From Dehalococcoidia bacterium (GTDB lineage: Bacteria; Chloroflexota; Dehalococcoidia; UBA2979), in the NCBI GenBank assembly GCA_965198045.1, contig CBDAOL010000011.1, positions 130,704-194,703 of the forward strand: DNA of 64,000 nt, in the 5' to 3' direction. Made by a program: the position numbers and the translations under genes. Below the pieces are notes generated by a model. The model did no database searches and had not been told where the DNA came from. It worked only from the letters and a program-made list of their open reading frames with translations. Shown piece after piece: positions 30,147-39,755 of the stretch (position 1 is its first letter; every line of letters starts with the position of its first letter).

Positions 30147-30160
30147 TTAGGGCACCCTAA
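30147..30160. promoter_or_regulatory. Candidate operator: palindrome TTAGGG-CA-CCCTAA within an extended imperfect inverted repeat (30141..30168), in the divergent promoter region of the iron-type ABC importer
   Basis: Seen in sequence; half-sites resemble DtxR/IdeR iron-box half-sites (TTAGG…CCTAA; 13 of 19 matches to TTAGGTTAGGCTAACCTAA); local GC drops to about 50%. Confidence 0.4.
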
Positions 30161-30240
30161 CATACAAGTTCTGCATTAGCAACATCGATGGGCATGAGGA
30201 CGTTAGTCCAGGATCAGGCTCGGACCTCGACGCCGAGAAG

Positions 30241-30353
30241 GGACGGGAGCTAGAACACGCCACCCGTGCGGATCGCACGCTCGATTCCGTAGATCACCAG
30301 CAGTACCGCGCCGACGGCGATCCATTTCCAGTGGTACGGGCCGGGGTCTTCGA
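30241..30353 (-). CDS. Possible 37-aa small membrane protein (MNWLEDPGPYHWKWIAVGAVLLVIYGIERAIRTGGVF)
   Basis: Below the ORF-table size cutoff; ATG preceded by GAGGTG; one clear TM helix; lies upstream of the SBP gene on the same strand. Confidence 0.3.
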
Positions 30354-30628
30354 GCCAGTTCATCCGCTGCGCACCTCGACGCTAGCGTAGCGCGGCGGCG
30401 GGCCAGAGGCACCTCGGTCGCCTCGATTCGCGATTGGGACGAACGTCCCGAGCGGCCAAGAGGCGCGGACCGACAGCCGCGTCCCTACCCCCGCGCGGTG
30501 ATACCCTGCCGGTGCATTAGGCGGGGCTGCATTCCAACCTTCGTGCCCACTACATCGGGAACGATTTCCGCGCGAGTAGCGGCGAGGAGCCGTGCAGTGC
30601 GGACGCGGCCGGAGCGACAGCGGACAGC

Positions 30629-32254
30629 ATGAGCTTCTCGACCCTCCCTCGGACCCTTCCGCGCACCCTCTCGGCGGTCGCATCGCGACGTTTGCCACCG
30701 CCGCCGCTGCTCTTCGGCGGGCTCGTCGTGGCAGCGATCTGCCTGCTCGCTCCGATCTACCTCCTGGGTCGCGTGGCGCAGGAGCCCGAGGCAGCGCGCA
30801 CCGCCATCCTCACCCGCGGCACGCTCGAACTGACGCTCCGCACGCTCGGTCTCGTCGCGATGGTGACGCTGCTCGCCGCGGCGATCGCGCTGCCAACCGC
30901 ATGGCTCGTCGAGCGCACCGACCTGCCGTTCCGCCGTTCGATCGGCATCGTCGCCTCGCTGCCGCTCGCCGTCCCCTCGTACGTGGGGGCCACCGTCGCG
31001 CTCTCCGCATTCGGCCCAGGAGGGTTGCTGCAGCAGGCGCTCGAGCCGCTCGGGGTCGAGCGCCTGCCGTCGATCTACGGCTTCACCGGCGCCACCGTGG
31101 TACTCGCGCTCGTCACCTATCCCTACATCCTGCTCACACTGCGGCCGGTCCTGGCCGGGCTCGACCCGCGCCTCGAGGAGTTGTCGCGCAGCTTCGGTTA
31201 CGGCCGTTGGACCACGTTCCGGCGCGTCGTCTGGCCGCAGCTGCGGCCGCCGCTGCTATCCGGCGGCCTCCTCGTCGGGCTCTACGCGCTGGCCGACTTC
31301 GGCGCCGTCTCGCTGCTCGGCTACCGCTCGCTCACCTTCGCCGTCTTCAGCCGCCTCGGCTCCTTTGACCGCTTCGGTGCCTCCGCGCTGGCGCTCGTGC
31401 TGATCGTGATCGCGCTCGTGGTCGTCCTCGGCGAACAGAGCGCACGAGGCTCGCGCCGGCACGACGACGTGCGTTCGAGCGACCGCCCGGCGCCAATGGT
31501 GCCGCTGGGTCGCTGGCGCTGGCCGGCCATCGCCTTCCTCGTCGTCGTGCTCGGCCTTAGCCTCGCGGTGCCGCTGGGCGTCCTCACCTACTGGCTCGTG
31601 CGCGGCATCGAGGCCGGCGAGGCCTTCCGCGGTGTGGGCGGCGCCGTCTGGGGATCGCTGATCGCCTCGGCGCTGGCGGCGCTCGTGGCCGTGCTGGCGG
31701 CGTTGCCGGTCGCCCTGCTCGCCGTGCGCTACCGCGGCACGCTGCTGAGCCGCGCGATCGAGGGCGCATCGTTCGCCGGCTACGCGCTGCCTGGCGTCGT
31801 CGTCGCGCTCGCCCTCGCCACGGCCGCACTGAACATCGACGTGCTCGGCGGGCGCCTCTACCAGTCGCTCACCGTGCTGATCGTCGGCTACGCCGTGCTC
31901 TTCCTGCCGCAGGCGGTCAGCGCCATGCGCGTCAGCCTGCAGCGCGTCCACCCCGCGATGGAGGACGCCGCGAGGAGCCTCGGCCGGCGGCCGTGGCGCG
32001 CCTTCGCCACGGTCACGCTCCCGCTCGCCTCGCGCGGCGTGCTCGCCGGCGGGACGCTTGTGTTCCTGACGACAATGAAGGAGCTGCCGGCGACGCTGCT
32101 GCTCGCCCCGATCGGCTTCGACACGCTCGCGGTGCGCGTCTGGAGCGCCTCCAGCGAGGCCTTCTTCGCTCGCGCCGCGCTCCCGGCGCTGCTACTGATC
32201 GCGCTCTCCGCGCTGCCGCTCGCCGTGATCGAGATCGCGGAGCGCCGCCGATGA
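30629..32254 (+). CDS. ABC transporter permease, fused two-domain (FbpB/ThiP-type, 12 TM helices)
   Basis: 541 aa with duplicated BPD_transp_1 modules. Confidence 0.85.
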   Translation: MSFSTLPRTLPRTLSAVASRRLPPPPLLFGGLVVAAICLLAPIYLLGRVAQEPEAARTAILTRGTLELTLRTLGLVAMVTLLAAAIALPTAWLVERTDLPFRRSIGIVASLPLAVPSYVGATVALSAFGPGGLLQQALEPLGVERLPSIYGFTGATVVLALVTYPYILLTLRPVLAGLDPRLEELSRSFGYGRWTTFRRVVWPQLRPPLLSGGLLVGLYALADFGAVSLLGYRSLTFAVFSRLGSFDRFGASALALVLIVIALVVVLGEQSARGSRRHDDVRSSDRPAPMVPLGRWRWPAIAFLVVVLGLSLAVPLGVLTYWLVRGIEAGEAFRGVGGAVWGSLIASALAALVAVLAALPVALLAVRYRGTLLSRAIEGASFAGYALPGVVVALALATAALNIDVLGGRLYQSLTVLIVGYAVLFLPQAVSAMRVSLQRVHPAMEDAARSLGRRPWRAFATVTLPLASRGVLAGGTLVFLTTMKELPATLLLAPIGFDTLAVRVWSASSEAFFARAALPALLLIALSALPLAVIEIAERRR

Positions 32255-33330
32255 CCGCGCCGAGCAGCGAGAGCATCGCCGTGCGCGCCCGCGGGCTCAC
32301 CCGCCGCTTTAACGGCAGTAACGGCAGCGATGCCGTCGCCGACCTCACGCTCGACGTCTACGAAGGCGAGTTGTTCGCGATCCTCGGCGCCTCGGGCTGC
32401 GGCAAGACCACCGCGCTGCGCCTGATCGCGGGGTTCGAACGCGCCGACGCGGGCGAGCTCGAGCTGTTCGGCCAGGCAGTCGCGGGCCCTTCGAGGCACG
32501 TGCCACCGGAGCAACGGCGCGTTGGCATGGTGTTCCAGGACTACGCGTTGTTCCCGCACATGTCGGTCGCCGCCAACATCGCCTACGGCCTGACACGTGG
32601 TGCGAGCCGCGAAGAGCGCGTCGGCGAGCTGCTTGCCCTGGCCGGCCTCGAGGGCCTCGGCGAGCGCTCGATCCACGAGCTGTCCGGCGGCGAGCAGCAG
32701 CGCGTCGCGCTGGCCCGGGCGCTGGCCCCGGCGCCGCAGCTGCTGCTGCTCGACGAGCCCTTCTCCAACCTCGACGCCGCTCTGCGCACGCAGGTCCGCG
32801 CCGAGGTGCGCGCCATCCTCCGACGCGCCGGCGCGACCGCGATCCTGGTGACACACGACCAGGAAGAGGCGCTGTCGATGGCCGACCGCATCGCCTACAT
32901 GCATGCCGGGCGCATCGAGCAGGTGGGGACGCCCGATGAGGTCTACCAGTATCCCGCGACGCTGCACGCCGCCGAGTTCATCGGCGACGCCAACGTCTTC
33001 CGACGCCCAGTCGAGAATGGGCGCATCCCCACCGCCTTCGGTGACCTCACCGCGCCCAGCGGAGCCTCCGTGGCCGCCGTCGTGATCCGGCCGGAGGACC
33101 TGCAGGTGCAGGCGGCGGGCATCCACGGTGAGGTCACGAGCCGTGAGTACTACGGCCACGATCAAGTGCTGTCGGTGCGCCTCGACGACGGCAGTACCGT
33201 CCGCGTTCGCCTCGGACCGCACGAACGCCTGACCGGCGCCGGGCCGATCGCACTCGGGCTGCGGCGCGACCCGCTCGTCTTTGCCCTCGACGGTCCCGAT
33301 CGCAGCACCCCGGCGGAGGATCCGACGTAA
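32251..33330 (+). CDS. ABC transporter ATP-binding protein (FbpC/PotA-type) with C-terminal TOBE-like domain
   Basis: ATG overlaps the permease stop (ATGA); Walker A GASGCGKTT, signature LSGGEQQRVALARAL, Walker B LLLLDEP. Confidence 0.9.
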   Translation: MTAPSSESIAVRARGLTRRFNGSNGSDAVADLTLDVYEGELFAILGASGCGKTTALRLIAGFERADAGELELFGQAVAGPSRHVPPEQRRVGMVFQDYALFPHMSVAANIAYGLTRGASREERVGELLALAGLEGLGERSIHELSGGEQQRVALARALAPAPQLLLLDEPFSNLDAALRTQVRAEVRAILRRAGATAILVTHDQEEALSMADRIAYMHAGRIEQVGTPDEVYQYPATLHAAEFIGDANVFRRPVENGRIPTAFGDLTAPSGASVAAVVIRPEDLQVQAAGIHGEVTSREYYGHDQVLSVRLDDGSTVRVRLGPHERLTGAGPIALGLRRDPLVFALDGPDRSTPAEDPT

Positions 33331-33340
33331 CCTCGACGCC

Positions 33341-33706
33341 ATGACCTCCCCGACCCCGGGCACGCCCGGCCCGGCCGCGCCCACGATCCGCCCGCACGTC
33401 GAGGACGACACTGACGCGGCGCTCGAGCAGCTGTGGCACGTCATCCTGCTCGACGACGACGACCACACGTACGACTACGTGATCGAGATGCTGGCCGCGG
33501 TCTTCGGTTACGGCCCGGAGAAGGCGTGGGCGCTCGCGCGGACGGCCGACAGCCAGGGCCGCGTCATCCTGCTCACGGCCGGCAAGCCCGCCTGCGAGCG
33601 CAAGCAAGACCAGATCCACGCCTACGGCGCCGACCCCCGGATCCCGCGTTGCAAAGGGTCGATGACTGCGCTCGTCGAGGAAGCGGACGCACCCGAGGCA
33701 GGTTAG
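33341..33706 (+). CDS. clpS: ATP-dependent Clp protease adaptor ClpS
   Basis: 121 aa; core WHVILLDDDDHTYDYVIEMLAAVFGY…AWALARTADSQGRVIL. Confidence 0.8.
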   Translation: MTSPTPGTPGPAAPTIRPHVEDDTDAALEQLWHVILLDDDDHTYDYVIEMLAAVFGYGPEKAWALARTADSQGRVILLTAGKPACERKQDQIHAYGADPRIPRCKGSMTALVEEADAPEAG

Positions 33707-34334
33707 CCCGCGACCGCCGTGCCGTCCTCGATCGGCTGCGGCTCGCCGTCGTGCGTGTGGGCAACCAGACGGCCGTCCTCGACCTCGAGGTGTCGGGGCG
33801 TCGAGGGGTTCCGCATGCCCTCGCTGTGCCCGAGGTGGATGATCTCGGCGTGCAGGCGGCCCGGCTCGAGCTCAAGTAGCGCGGCCGTCCCCAGGCGGAA
33901 CTCCTTGTGGTGCGGGAGCGTCGGGCTGCCGCTGTTGATGACGACGACGCCCTCGCGGTACTCGAGGCGTTCGATGTGAGTGTCACCGGCGATCAGCACG
34001 TCCACCTGCTCGCCGCCCAGCGAGGTCTCGAGTAACTCCGGCACCGGACGCGACTCGCCCGGCCGCAGGTCGTGCACCATGCCCAGGCGCCAGCCTTCGA
34101 GGTCCAGCAGCTGGCGCTCGGCCATCCGCGGATCCTCGAACGCGTCGTTGTTGCCCTGCGCCACGACCACGGGCGCGAACTCTCGCACCAATCGAGCACG
34201 CTTGGCCGTACCACGTCGCCGCCGTGCAGGATCAGCTCGCACGTCGCGAGGAAGTCCGGGAGGGCCGATCCGAGTTCGTCAGGCGTGCGGATCAACGACG
34301 GCAGGTGCGTGTCCGAGATCAGGGCGATGCGCAT
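33703..34334 (-). CDS. Metallophosphoesterase (YfcE-like); frameshift near 34215
   Basis: N-terminus MRIALISDTHLP…ILHGGDVV in ORF 33993..34427, remainder (…QGNNDAF…GDTHIERLE…VINSGSP) in ORF 33703..34242. Confidence 0.75.
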
Positions 34335-34452
34335 CGCTCGACGGTAGTGCGGGGCCCCGACGCGGGCAATCCTCGAGGGGTCGTGGAGCGCGGTCGATTG
34401 ACGTTCGCGCGGCGGCGCTGCTACCAATCGACGCGCACCGAGGGGGTGTCCC

Positions 34453-35640
34453 GTGGCACAGGAACGAGTGGCGGCGTTCGCCGGTATCTACGAGTGGCCG
34501 AAGCGCGTCGACGAGAGCGTGTCGGCGATGCAGATCAAGGCGCAGTCGATCAAGGCGGCGCTGGACGACGCCGGGCTCAGCTGGTCCGACATCGATGGCC
34601 TCTACGACGCTGGCGACGGCGAGGGTGGCGGCGGCCTCGGGCTGGGGGCCTACCTCGGGATCAACCCGACCGTCATCGACACGACACAGGTTGGCGGCTC
34701 CTCGTACGAGTTCCACGCCGCCCACGCCATGCGCGACATCGCGGACGGCAAGACCAACGTCGCCGTGCTCTCGTACGGATCGAAGGCCGCCACGCAGCGC
34801 ATCCCGATCGGCACCGGCGGCCCCCGAGGCGGCGGCGGCAACTGGTCCGCCAACATGGAGAACGCCTACGGCGCGACGCTGATCGCGAACTACGCGATGG
34901 TGGCCCACCGCCACATGCACGAGTACGGCACCACGACCGAGCAGCTCGCGGAGATCTCCGTGGCCACCCGCCACCACGCCACGCGCAACCCCGAGGCAGT
35001 ACAGGGGATGACCGACCTGCAGTTCATGGGCGTCGGCGACATCACCGTCGAGGACGTGCTCGAGTCGCGCATGATCGCCGACCCGCTGCATCTTCTCGAG
35101 TGCTGCATGGTCAGCGACGGCGGCGGCGCCGCCGTGATCGTGTCGCCTGAGGTCGCGCGCAACATCGCGAAGCCCCCGGTCTGGGTGATCGGCTCGGGCG
35201 AGGCGACAAAGTACCGCGAGAACGGCGGCGACATCACGACCTCGGCCGGTGTGCAGAGCGCACCGATCGCCTTCGGGCAGGCCGGCGTCACCGCCGACGA
35301 GATCGACATCGCCATGATCTACGACTCCTTTTCGATCACCGTCGCGGTCATGCTCGAAGACCTCGGGTTCTGCAAGAAGGGCGAGGTCGGCGAGTACATC
35401 AGCGGCGGCGGCCTGCGCTACGACAACGACGGCGCGGTCACGCTCAACACCGACGGCGGCGGACTGTCCTCGAACCATCCGGGCATGCGAGGGCTGTTCC
35501 TGCTGCTCGAGTCGGTGCGGCAGCTGCGCGGCGAGTCCACCTCGCAGGTCGAAGGCGCCAAGCTCGCTGTGGCGCACGGCAATGGCGGGCTGCTCGGCGG
35601 CACGCACACCGGCGGCACGGTCATCCTCGCCGCCGACTAG
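34453..35640 (+). CDS. SCP2/Ltp2-type thiolase-like protein (nonspecific lipid-transfer protein family)
   Basis: 395 aa; thiolase fold; conserved C-terminal GG…HP…G pattern. Confidence 0.8.
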   Translation: MAQERVAAFAGIYEWPKRVDESVSAMQIKAQSIKAALDDAGLSWSDIDGLYDAGDGEGGGGLGLGAYLGINPTVIDTTQVGGSSYEFHAAHAMRDIADGKTNVAVLSYGSKAATQRIPIGTGGPRGGGGNWSANMENAYGATLIANYAMVAHRHMHEYGTTTEQLAEISVATRHHATRNPEAVQGMTDLQFMGVGDITVEDVLESRMIADPLHLLECCMVSDGGGAAVIVSPEVARNIAKPPVWVIGSGEATKYRENGGDITTSAGVQSAPIAFGQAGVTADEIDIAMIYDSFSITVAVMLEDLGFCKKGEVGEYISGGGLRYDNDGAVTLNTDGGGLSSNHPGMRGLFLLLESVRQLRGESTSQVEGAKLAVAHGNGGLLGGTHTGGTVILAAD

Positions 35641-35673
35641 CTGCGAGCGAACGAGCACGAAAGGGAACGAACG

Positions 35674-36087
35674 ATGCCAAACAAGCCACAGCCCGCCTTC
35701 CCCGAGCCCGACACCCAGGCCTACTGGGACGCCGCGAAGGAGGGCCGCCTCACCTACCAGCAGTGCAGCGATTGCAACGAGGTGATCTTCACCCCGCGTG
35801 CACAGTGCACCGCCTGCGGATCCTCGAACGTTGAGACGAAGGACTCGGCCGGGGCGGGGGCCGTCTACACCTACTCGGTGGTGCGCCAGAACCGGCACCC
35901 CGCCTTCGCGGACCTCGGCGCCTACGCCGTCGCCTACGTCGATGTGGACGAGGGCTTCCGCATGATGACCAACATCGTGGGCGTGGACGACCCGACGCAG
36001 GACATCGAGGTCGGCATGCGCGTCCAGGTCGAGTTCGAGGCGCAGGACAGCGGCGACTACCCGATCCCGGTCTTCCGCCCGGCGTAA
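35674..36087 (+). CDS. DUF35 Zn-ribbon/OB-fold protein (partner of SCP2 thiolases)
   Basis: CSDCNEVIFTPRAQCTACGS rubredoxin-like knuckle followed by an OB fold; directly downstream of the thiolase gene. Confidence 0.8.
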   Translation: MPNKPQPAFPEPDTQAYWDAAKEGRLTYQQCSDCNEVIFTPRAQCTACGSSNVETKDSAGAGAVYTYSVVRQNRHPAFADLGAYAVAYVDVDEGFRMMTNIVGVDDPTQDIEVGMRVQVEFEAQDSGDYPIPVFRPA

Positions 36088-36156
36088 CCACCGCCAACAG
36101 GCCGCAAGCCGTCGTATCATGGGCGCTGTGCGGTAGGTTCTGAGGAAGGACCCCGC

Positions 36157-36573
36157 TTGAACCTCGATACGGTCGACATCAACTATCTCGCCGTCATCGT
36201 CGGCGCGATCGTTTACTACGCTCTCGGCTTCGCCTGGTACTCGTTCATCGTCGGCGACCGCTGGCTGGCAGCGACGGGCCGCACGCGCGAGGACATCAGC
36301 GGCGGCCCCGGGCCGCTGATCGTCGTCTTCTGGATCGCCGGCTTCATCGCCGCCAGCGTGATCGCCAGCGTCTACGAGTGGGCGCACGGCGACGGCCTGG
36401 TCGACGGTCTCGTCGTGGGCGCGATCCTCGGCGTCGGCCTCGTCATGGGCGAGGGGCTGAAGAAGGTCGTCTTCGAGCAGGACAGCTGGGAGCTGTACGC
36501 CCTCAACATGGGCTACACCCTGCTCGGATTCCTGCTGATGGGCGGCATCTACGGCGTGATCGAGGCGGCCTAG
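36157..36573 (+). CDS. DUF1761-family small membrane protein
   Basis: 138 aa, four TM helices; sequence pattern (YALGFAWYS…) consistent with DUF1761. Confidence 0.6.
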   Translation: MNLDTVDINYLAVIVGAIVYYALGFAWYSFIVGDRWLAATGRTREDISGGPGPLIVVFWIAGFIAASVIASVYEWAHGDGLVDGLVVGAILGVGLVMGEGLKKVVFEQDSWELYALNMGYTLLGFLLMGGIYGVIEAA

Positions 36574-36599
36574 GTCGCTGTCCGAGGCCGCCCGGGGAT

Positions 36600-37434
36600 C
36601 CACGCGCCCGACAGCTGCTCGGCGGAACGGGCCGATCACAGCCCGGACCTCAGCCGCCAGCAGCCGCTCGGTGTCGGCGCGCTGGACGGGCCCGCCATCC
36701 AGCGCGTGCCGCTCGCGGAACGCGGCCAGGGCGTTCGGCCCGTACTCGTAGAAGCCCGCGGCCGCTGCCGAGTCGCCGGACATGCCGAGTCTGACGTGCG
36801 GCTCGCGGCGCTGGCCCGCCTTCCCGAGCGCGGCGAGCACCCGCTCGCTCGTGCCACGGAGGAGCTCCACGAGGCCACGACGGTGTCGGCGCTCGACCGC
36901 GACCTCGAACGTCTCCGGTGCGGAGCGGGTGATCGCGCGCGGTATGTGGCCCTCGGTGGGTGAGGCGGCCCACAGCAGTCGCAGCAAAGCGACGTAGCCA
37001 TCGCTGCAGGCACGGCCGGGCGCAGAGGCCACTCCGCGGCCGAGGTGCTGAAGGCATCCGAAACTGGCGTCTGGCGGGCTCGCCCGGCTCAATGAAAGGC
37101 GCATCCGCTCGTCCTCGAGCTGCTCGACCGAGATGAAGGTCCACCGCCCCTCGGCCACCAGGGCGCGGTTGTAAGGCGGCGTGAGCGCGACCACGAGGTC
37201 GGCTTCGCGCCGCTCCGCGGCATCACTCGATGTCGCCGGCTCGTAGCGCACCTCGCGGACCAGCGAGTGGAGGTCGCGCCGCTCCCCTCGTTCCGCTGTC
37301 CGCAGGTGGGCGCCGACGCGGGCGCGGAGCTGGGACGCCTTGCCGACATAGAGCAGCTCGCGGTGCGACCCGAGGAGGAAGTACACCCCTGGCGTTGCTG
37401 GGAGGTCCTCGAGGCCGTCCCAGTCCCTACTCAT
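36600..37434 (-). CDS. GIY-YIG nuclease-domain protein (3' end uncertain: no in-frame stop, and the frame reads through for 4.4 kb)
   Basis: Start MSRDWDGLEDLPATPGVYFLLGSHRELLYVGKASQLRARVGAHL (GIY-YIG motif); lies in the otherwise empty gap between DUF1761 and the acyl-CoA synthetase. Confidence 0.5.
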
Positions 37435-37488
37435 GCGCTCCCCCTCGCCAAGCCTAGCGTGAGACCAGCCGGCGAGTAGACTCGGCGC

Positions 37489-39027
37489 GTGCCCGCAGCA
37501 GACCCGGTCGTCGACCCGCCCCTCGTGGGCCCGCTGAACCTCGCACAGTGGTGCCTGGAGCGCTGGGCGACCGACCCCGCGACGGCCGAGCGGCCCGCGT
37601 TCACGTTCGCCCGTCTCAGCGGAGACGATGACACCTGGACCTACGCCGAGGTCTGGGCGCGCGTTCAGGCTGTCGCGCGAGCGTTCGTCGAGCGCAATCT
37701 GACGCCGGGCGAACGCGTCCTCGTGCGGCTGCCGCACACGCCGGCGTACGCGTTCAGCTTCTTCGGCGCCACGCTCGCCGGGCTCGTCCCGATCCCCGCC
37801 TCGCCGCAGTTGACCGACGAGGAGGCGAGCTTCCTCGTCGAGGACGCGGAGGTATCGGCAGTGATCGGCGACGCGAGCGGGCTGCCGCGGGGCAGCGTCG
37901 GACTGGTGCTCGACCCGAGCGACCTCGAGGGTGTGCCGGGCACCGAGCTGCCGGTCACTGACGCCGAGGACCCGGCCTTCCTCGTCTACACCTCGGGCAC
38001 CACCAGCCACCCCAAGGGAGCACTGCACGCGCATCGCACCGTGGGCGGTCGCGCAATGGTGCTGCGCGGCTGGGAGGGGTTCACGCCGGACGACGTGACG
38101 CTGCACCCCGGCACGCTCAACTGGACCTACACGATGGGCGTCGGCTTGATGGACGCCTGGACCGCGGGCGCGCACGCCTGCCTCTTCGCCGGGCCGAACG
38201 ACCCCGCCGCGTGGCCGGCACTGCTCGAACGGCTCGGCGTCACCGTCTTCATGGCGGTCCCCACCGTGTTCCGCCAGCTGCTGAAGTACAGCCGTCCCGA
38301 GCACCATGAGCTCCGTCTGCGCCATGTCCTGGTCGCCGGTGAGCCGTTGCCGATCGCGCTCTACGAGGAGTGGCGCGAGCGCGTGGGGACCGAGATGTAC
38401 GAATGCCTCGGCATGACCGAACTCAGCACCTACATCTCCAGCGGCCCGCCAACGCCCGTGCGCCTCGGCTCGCCCGGCCGTCCGCAGACCGGCCGCCGCG
38501 TCGCCATCCTGCCCGAGGGCGACGATGCCGCGAACGCCTCGACGCCGCTCCCCGCCGGCGAGGTCGGCCTGCTCGCCGTACACCGCTCCGACCCCGGGCT
38601 GATGCTCCGCTACTGGCGGCGTCCCGAGGAGGACGTCGCCGTCCGTCGCGGCGAGTGGTTCATCGGCGGCGACCGCGCCGCCATCGACGAGGACGGCTAC
38701 GTCTGGTTCCACGGCCGCGCCGACGACGTGATCAAGTCCTTCGGCTACCGCCTTTCACCCCTCGAGATCGAGACCGTCCTCGAAGCCCACCAGGCGGTGG
38801 CGGAAGCCGCCGTCATCGGCGAGACGATCGAGGAGGGCAAAACGCTCGTCACCGCCTGCCTCGTCCTAGCGGACGGCGTCACCCTCGACGAACACGCAAT
38901 CGCCGCCCACGCCGCGGAGCACCTCGCGGAGTACAAACGCCCGCACCAGTACCGCTTGGTCACATCGCTGCCTCGGACGCGCAACGGCAAACTCCAGCGC
39001 CGCGCGCTGGTAGAGGGCGCCGGGTGA
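37489..39027 (+). CDS. AMP-dependent synthetase/ligase (acyl-CoA synthetase)
   Basis: AMP-binding signature LVYTSGTTSHPKG; C-terminal …RNGKLQRRAL. Confidence 0.9.
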   Translation: MPAADPVVDPPLVGPLNLAQWCLERWATDPATAERPAFTFARLSGDDDTWTYAEVWARVQAVARAFVERNLTPGERVLVRLPHTPAYAFSFFGATLAGLVPIPASPQLTDEEASFLVEDAEVSAVIGDASGLPRGSVGLVLDPSDLEGVPGTELPVTDAEDPAFLVYTSGTTSHPKGALHAHRTVGGRAMVLRGWEGFTPDDVTLHPGTLNWTYTMGVGLMDAWTAGAHACLFAGPNDPAAWPALLERLGVTVFMAVPTVFRQLLKYSRPEHHELRLRHVLVAGEPLPIALYEEWRERVGTEMYECLGMTELSTYISSGPPTPVRLGSPGRPQTGRRVAILPEGDDAANASTPLPAGEVGLLAVHRSDPGLMLRYWRRPEEDVAVRRGEWFIGGDRAAIDEDGYVWFHGRADDVIKSFGYRLSPLEIETVLEAHQAVAEAAVIGETIEEGKTLVTACLVLADGVTLDEHAIAAHAAEHLAEYKRPHQYRLVTSLPRTRNGKLQRRALVEGAG

Positions 39028-39050
39028 GGTCGTGCCAGGACGGGCCCCGA

Positions 39051-39755
39051 ATGAGTGATACCGAGCGGTGGTCGCCCGGGGACCACGTCGTCCTGCGATA
39101 CGTCGGGCACGACAACGGTTGGGCGATTGGCTGGCCGCAGATCGTTGTTGAGGACTCGGCGGAGCGTTTAGTGCTCTTCCAGCCCGCGGGGACGAACGCC
39201 GAGAACGTTCAGGTCGGAGAGGACCGCCGCAGCGAACTCATGCCAGCGGGATCGTTCCGGTCGGAGTGGCCGCGCTTTCACCGTCAGCCACTTGGGCTCA
39301 TGAGGGCGATTCCGGGACAAGCGGCTCACGGAGTTGAGATGTACTTCAGCGCCGGCGAGGCCCCTCCCCCACAGTACCCGTGGCTTGATGCTGCCGGTTC
39401 CTTCCTCGGATTCAAAGTGAACCTGCAGGCCCCGCTGCTGCGCACCTCGATCGGCTTCGACACCACCGACAACGCCCTCGACATCGTCATGGGGACGGAC
39501 CTCGACTGGCGATGGAAAGACGAGGATGACGTCGCCGCCCGCGTCGAGGTCGGGCTCACCTACCCCGAGGAGGAGGCCGCCTTCCGTGCCGAGGGCGAGC
39601 GCGTGATCGCCGACATCGAGCGGCGCGCCTACCCCTTCGACCAGCCGTGGGAGGATTGGCGGCCGGACCCCGCGTGGACGCCGCCGCAGCTGCCCGAGGG
39701 CTGGGCTGACGTCGAGGGTGCGAACCGCGACCTCAATCGCGTGCGGCCGGACTAA
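39051..39755 (+). CDS. DUF402-domain protein (FomD-like nucleotide phosphatase family)
   Basis: Inner ATG at 39051 within ORF 38370..39755; about 235 aa; the upstream part of that ORF is the out-of-frame overlap with the synthetase. Confidence 0.55.
   Translation: MSDTERWSPGDHVVLRYVGHDNGWAIGWPQIVVEDSAERLVLFQPAGTNAENVQVGEDRRSELMPAGSFRSEWPRFHRQPLGLMRAIPGQAAHGVEMYFSAGEAPPPQYPWLDAAGSFLGFKVNLQAPLLRTSIGFDTTDNALDIVMGTDLDWRWKDEDDVAARVEVGLTYPEEEAAFRAEGERVIADIERRAYPFDQPWEDWRPDPAWTPPQLPEGWADVEGANRDLNRVRPD

Noticed and set aside
30100-30300. Possible TPP riboswitch upstream of the thiamine/iron-type SBP gene (a CCTGATCCTGGACTAAC-like segment on the minus strand)
   Set aside because: There is no CUGAGA thi-box core and no P2/P3 pairing consistent with the TPP aptamer. 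The resemblance is limited to one short stretch, and an iron-box-like palindrome explains the region better.
34279-38712. 1,477-aa minus-strand ORF, and similar long ORFs antisense to real genes (3314..5008, 15880..17553, 23789..25561, 31888..33468, 59759..61420, among others)
   Set aside because: These are stop-codon-poor antisense frames typical of 70% GC DNA. They overlap well-supported genes on the other strand, and their translations are low-complexity and Arg/Ala/Gly-rich. Only the GIY-YIG start segment at 37434 looks genuine.
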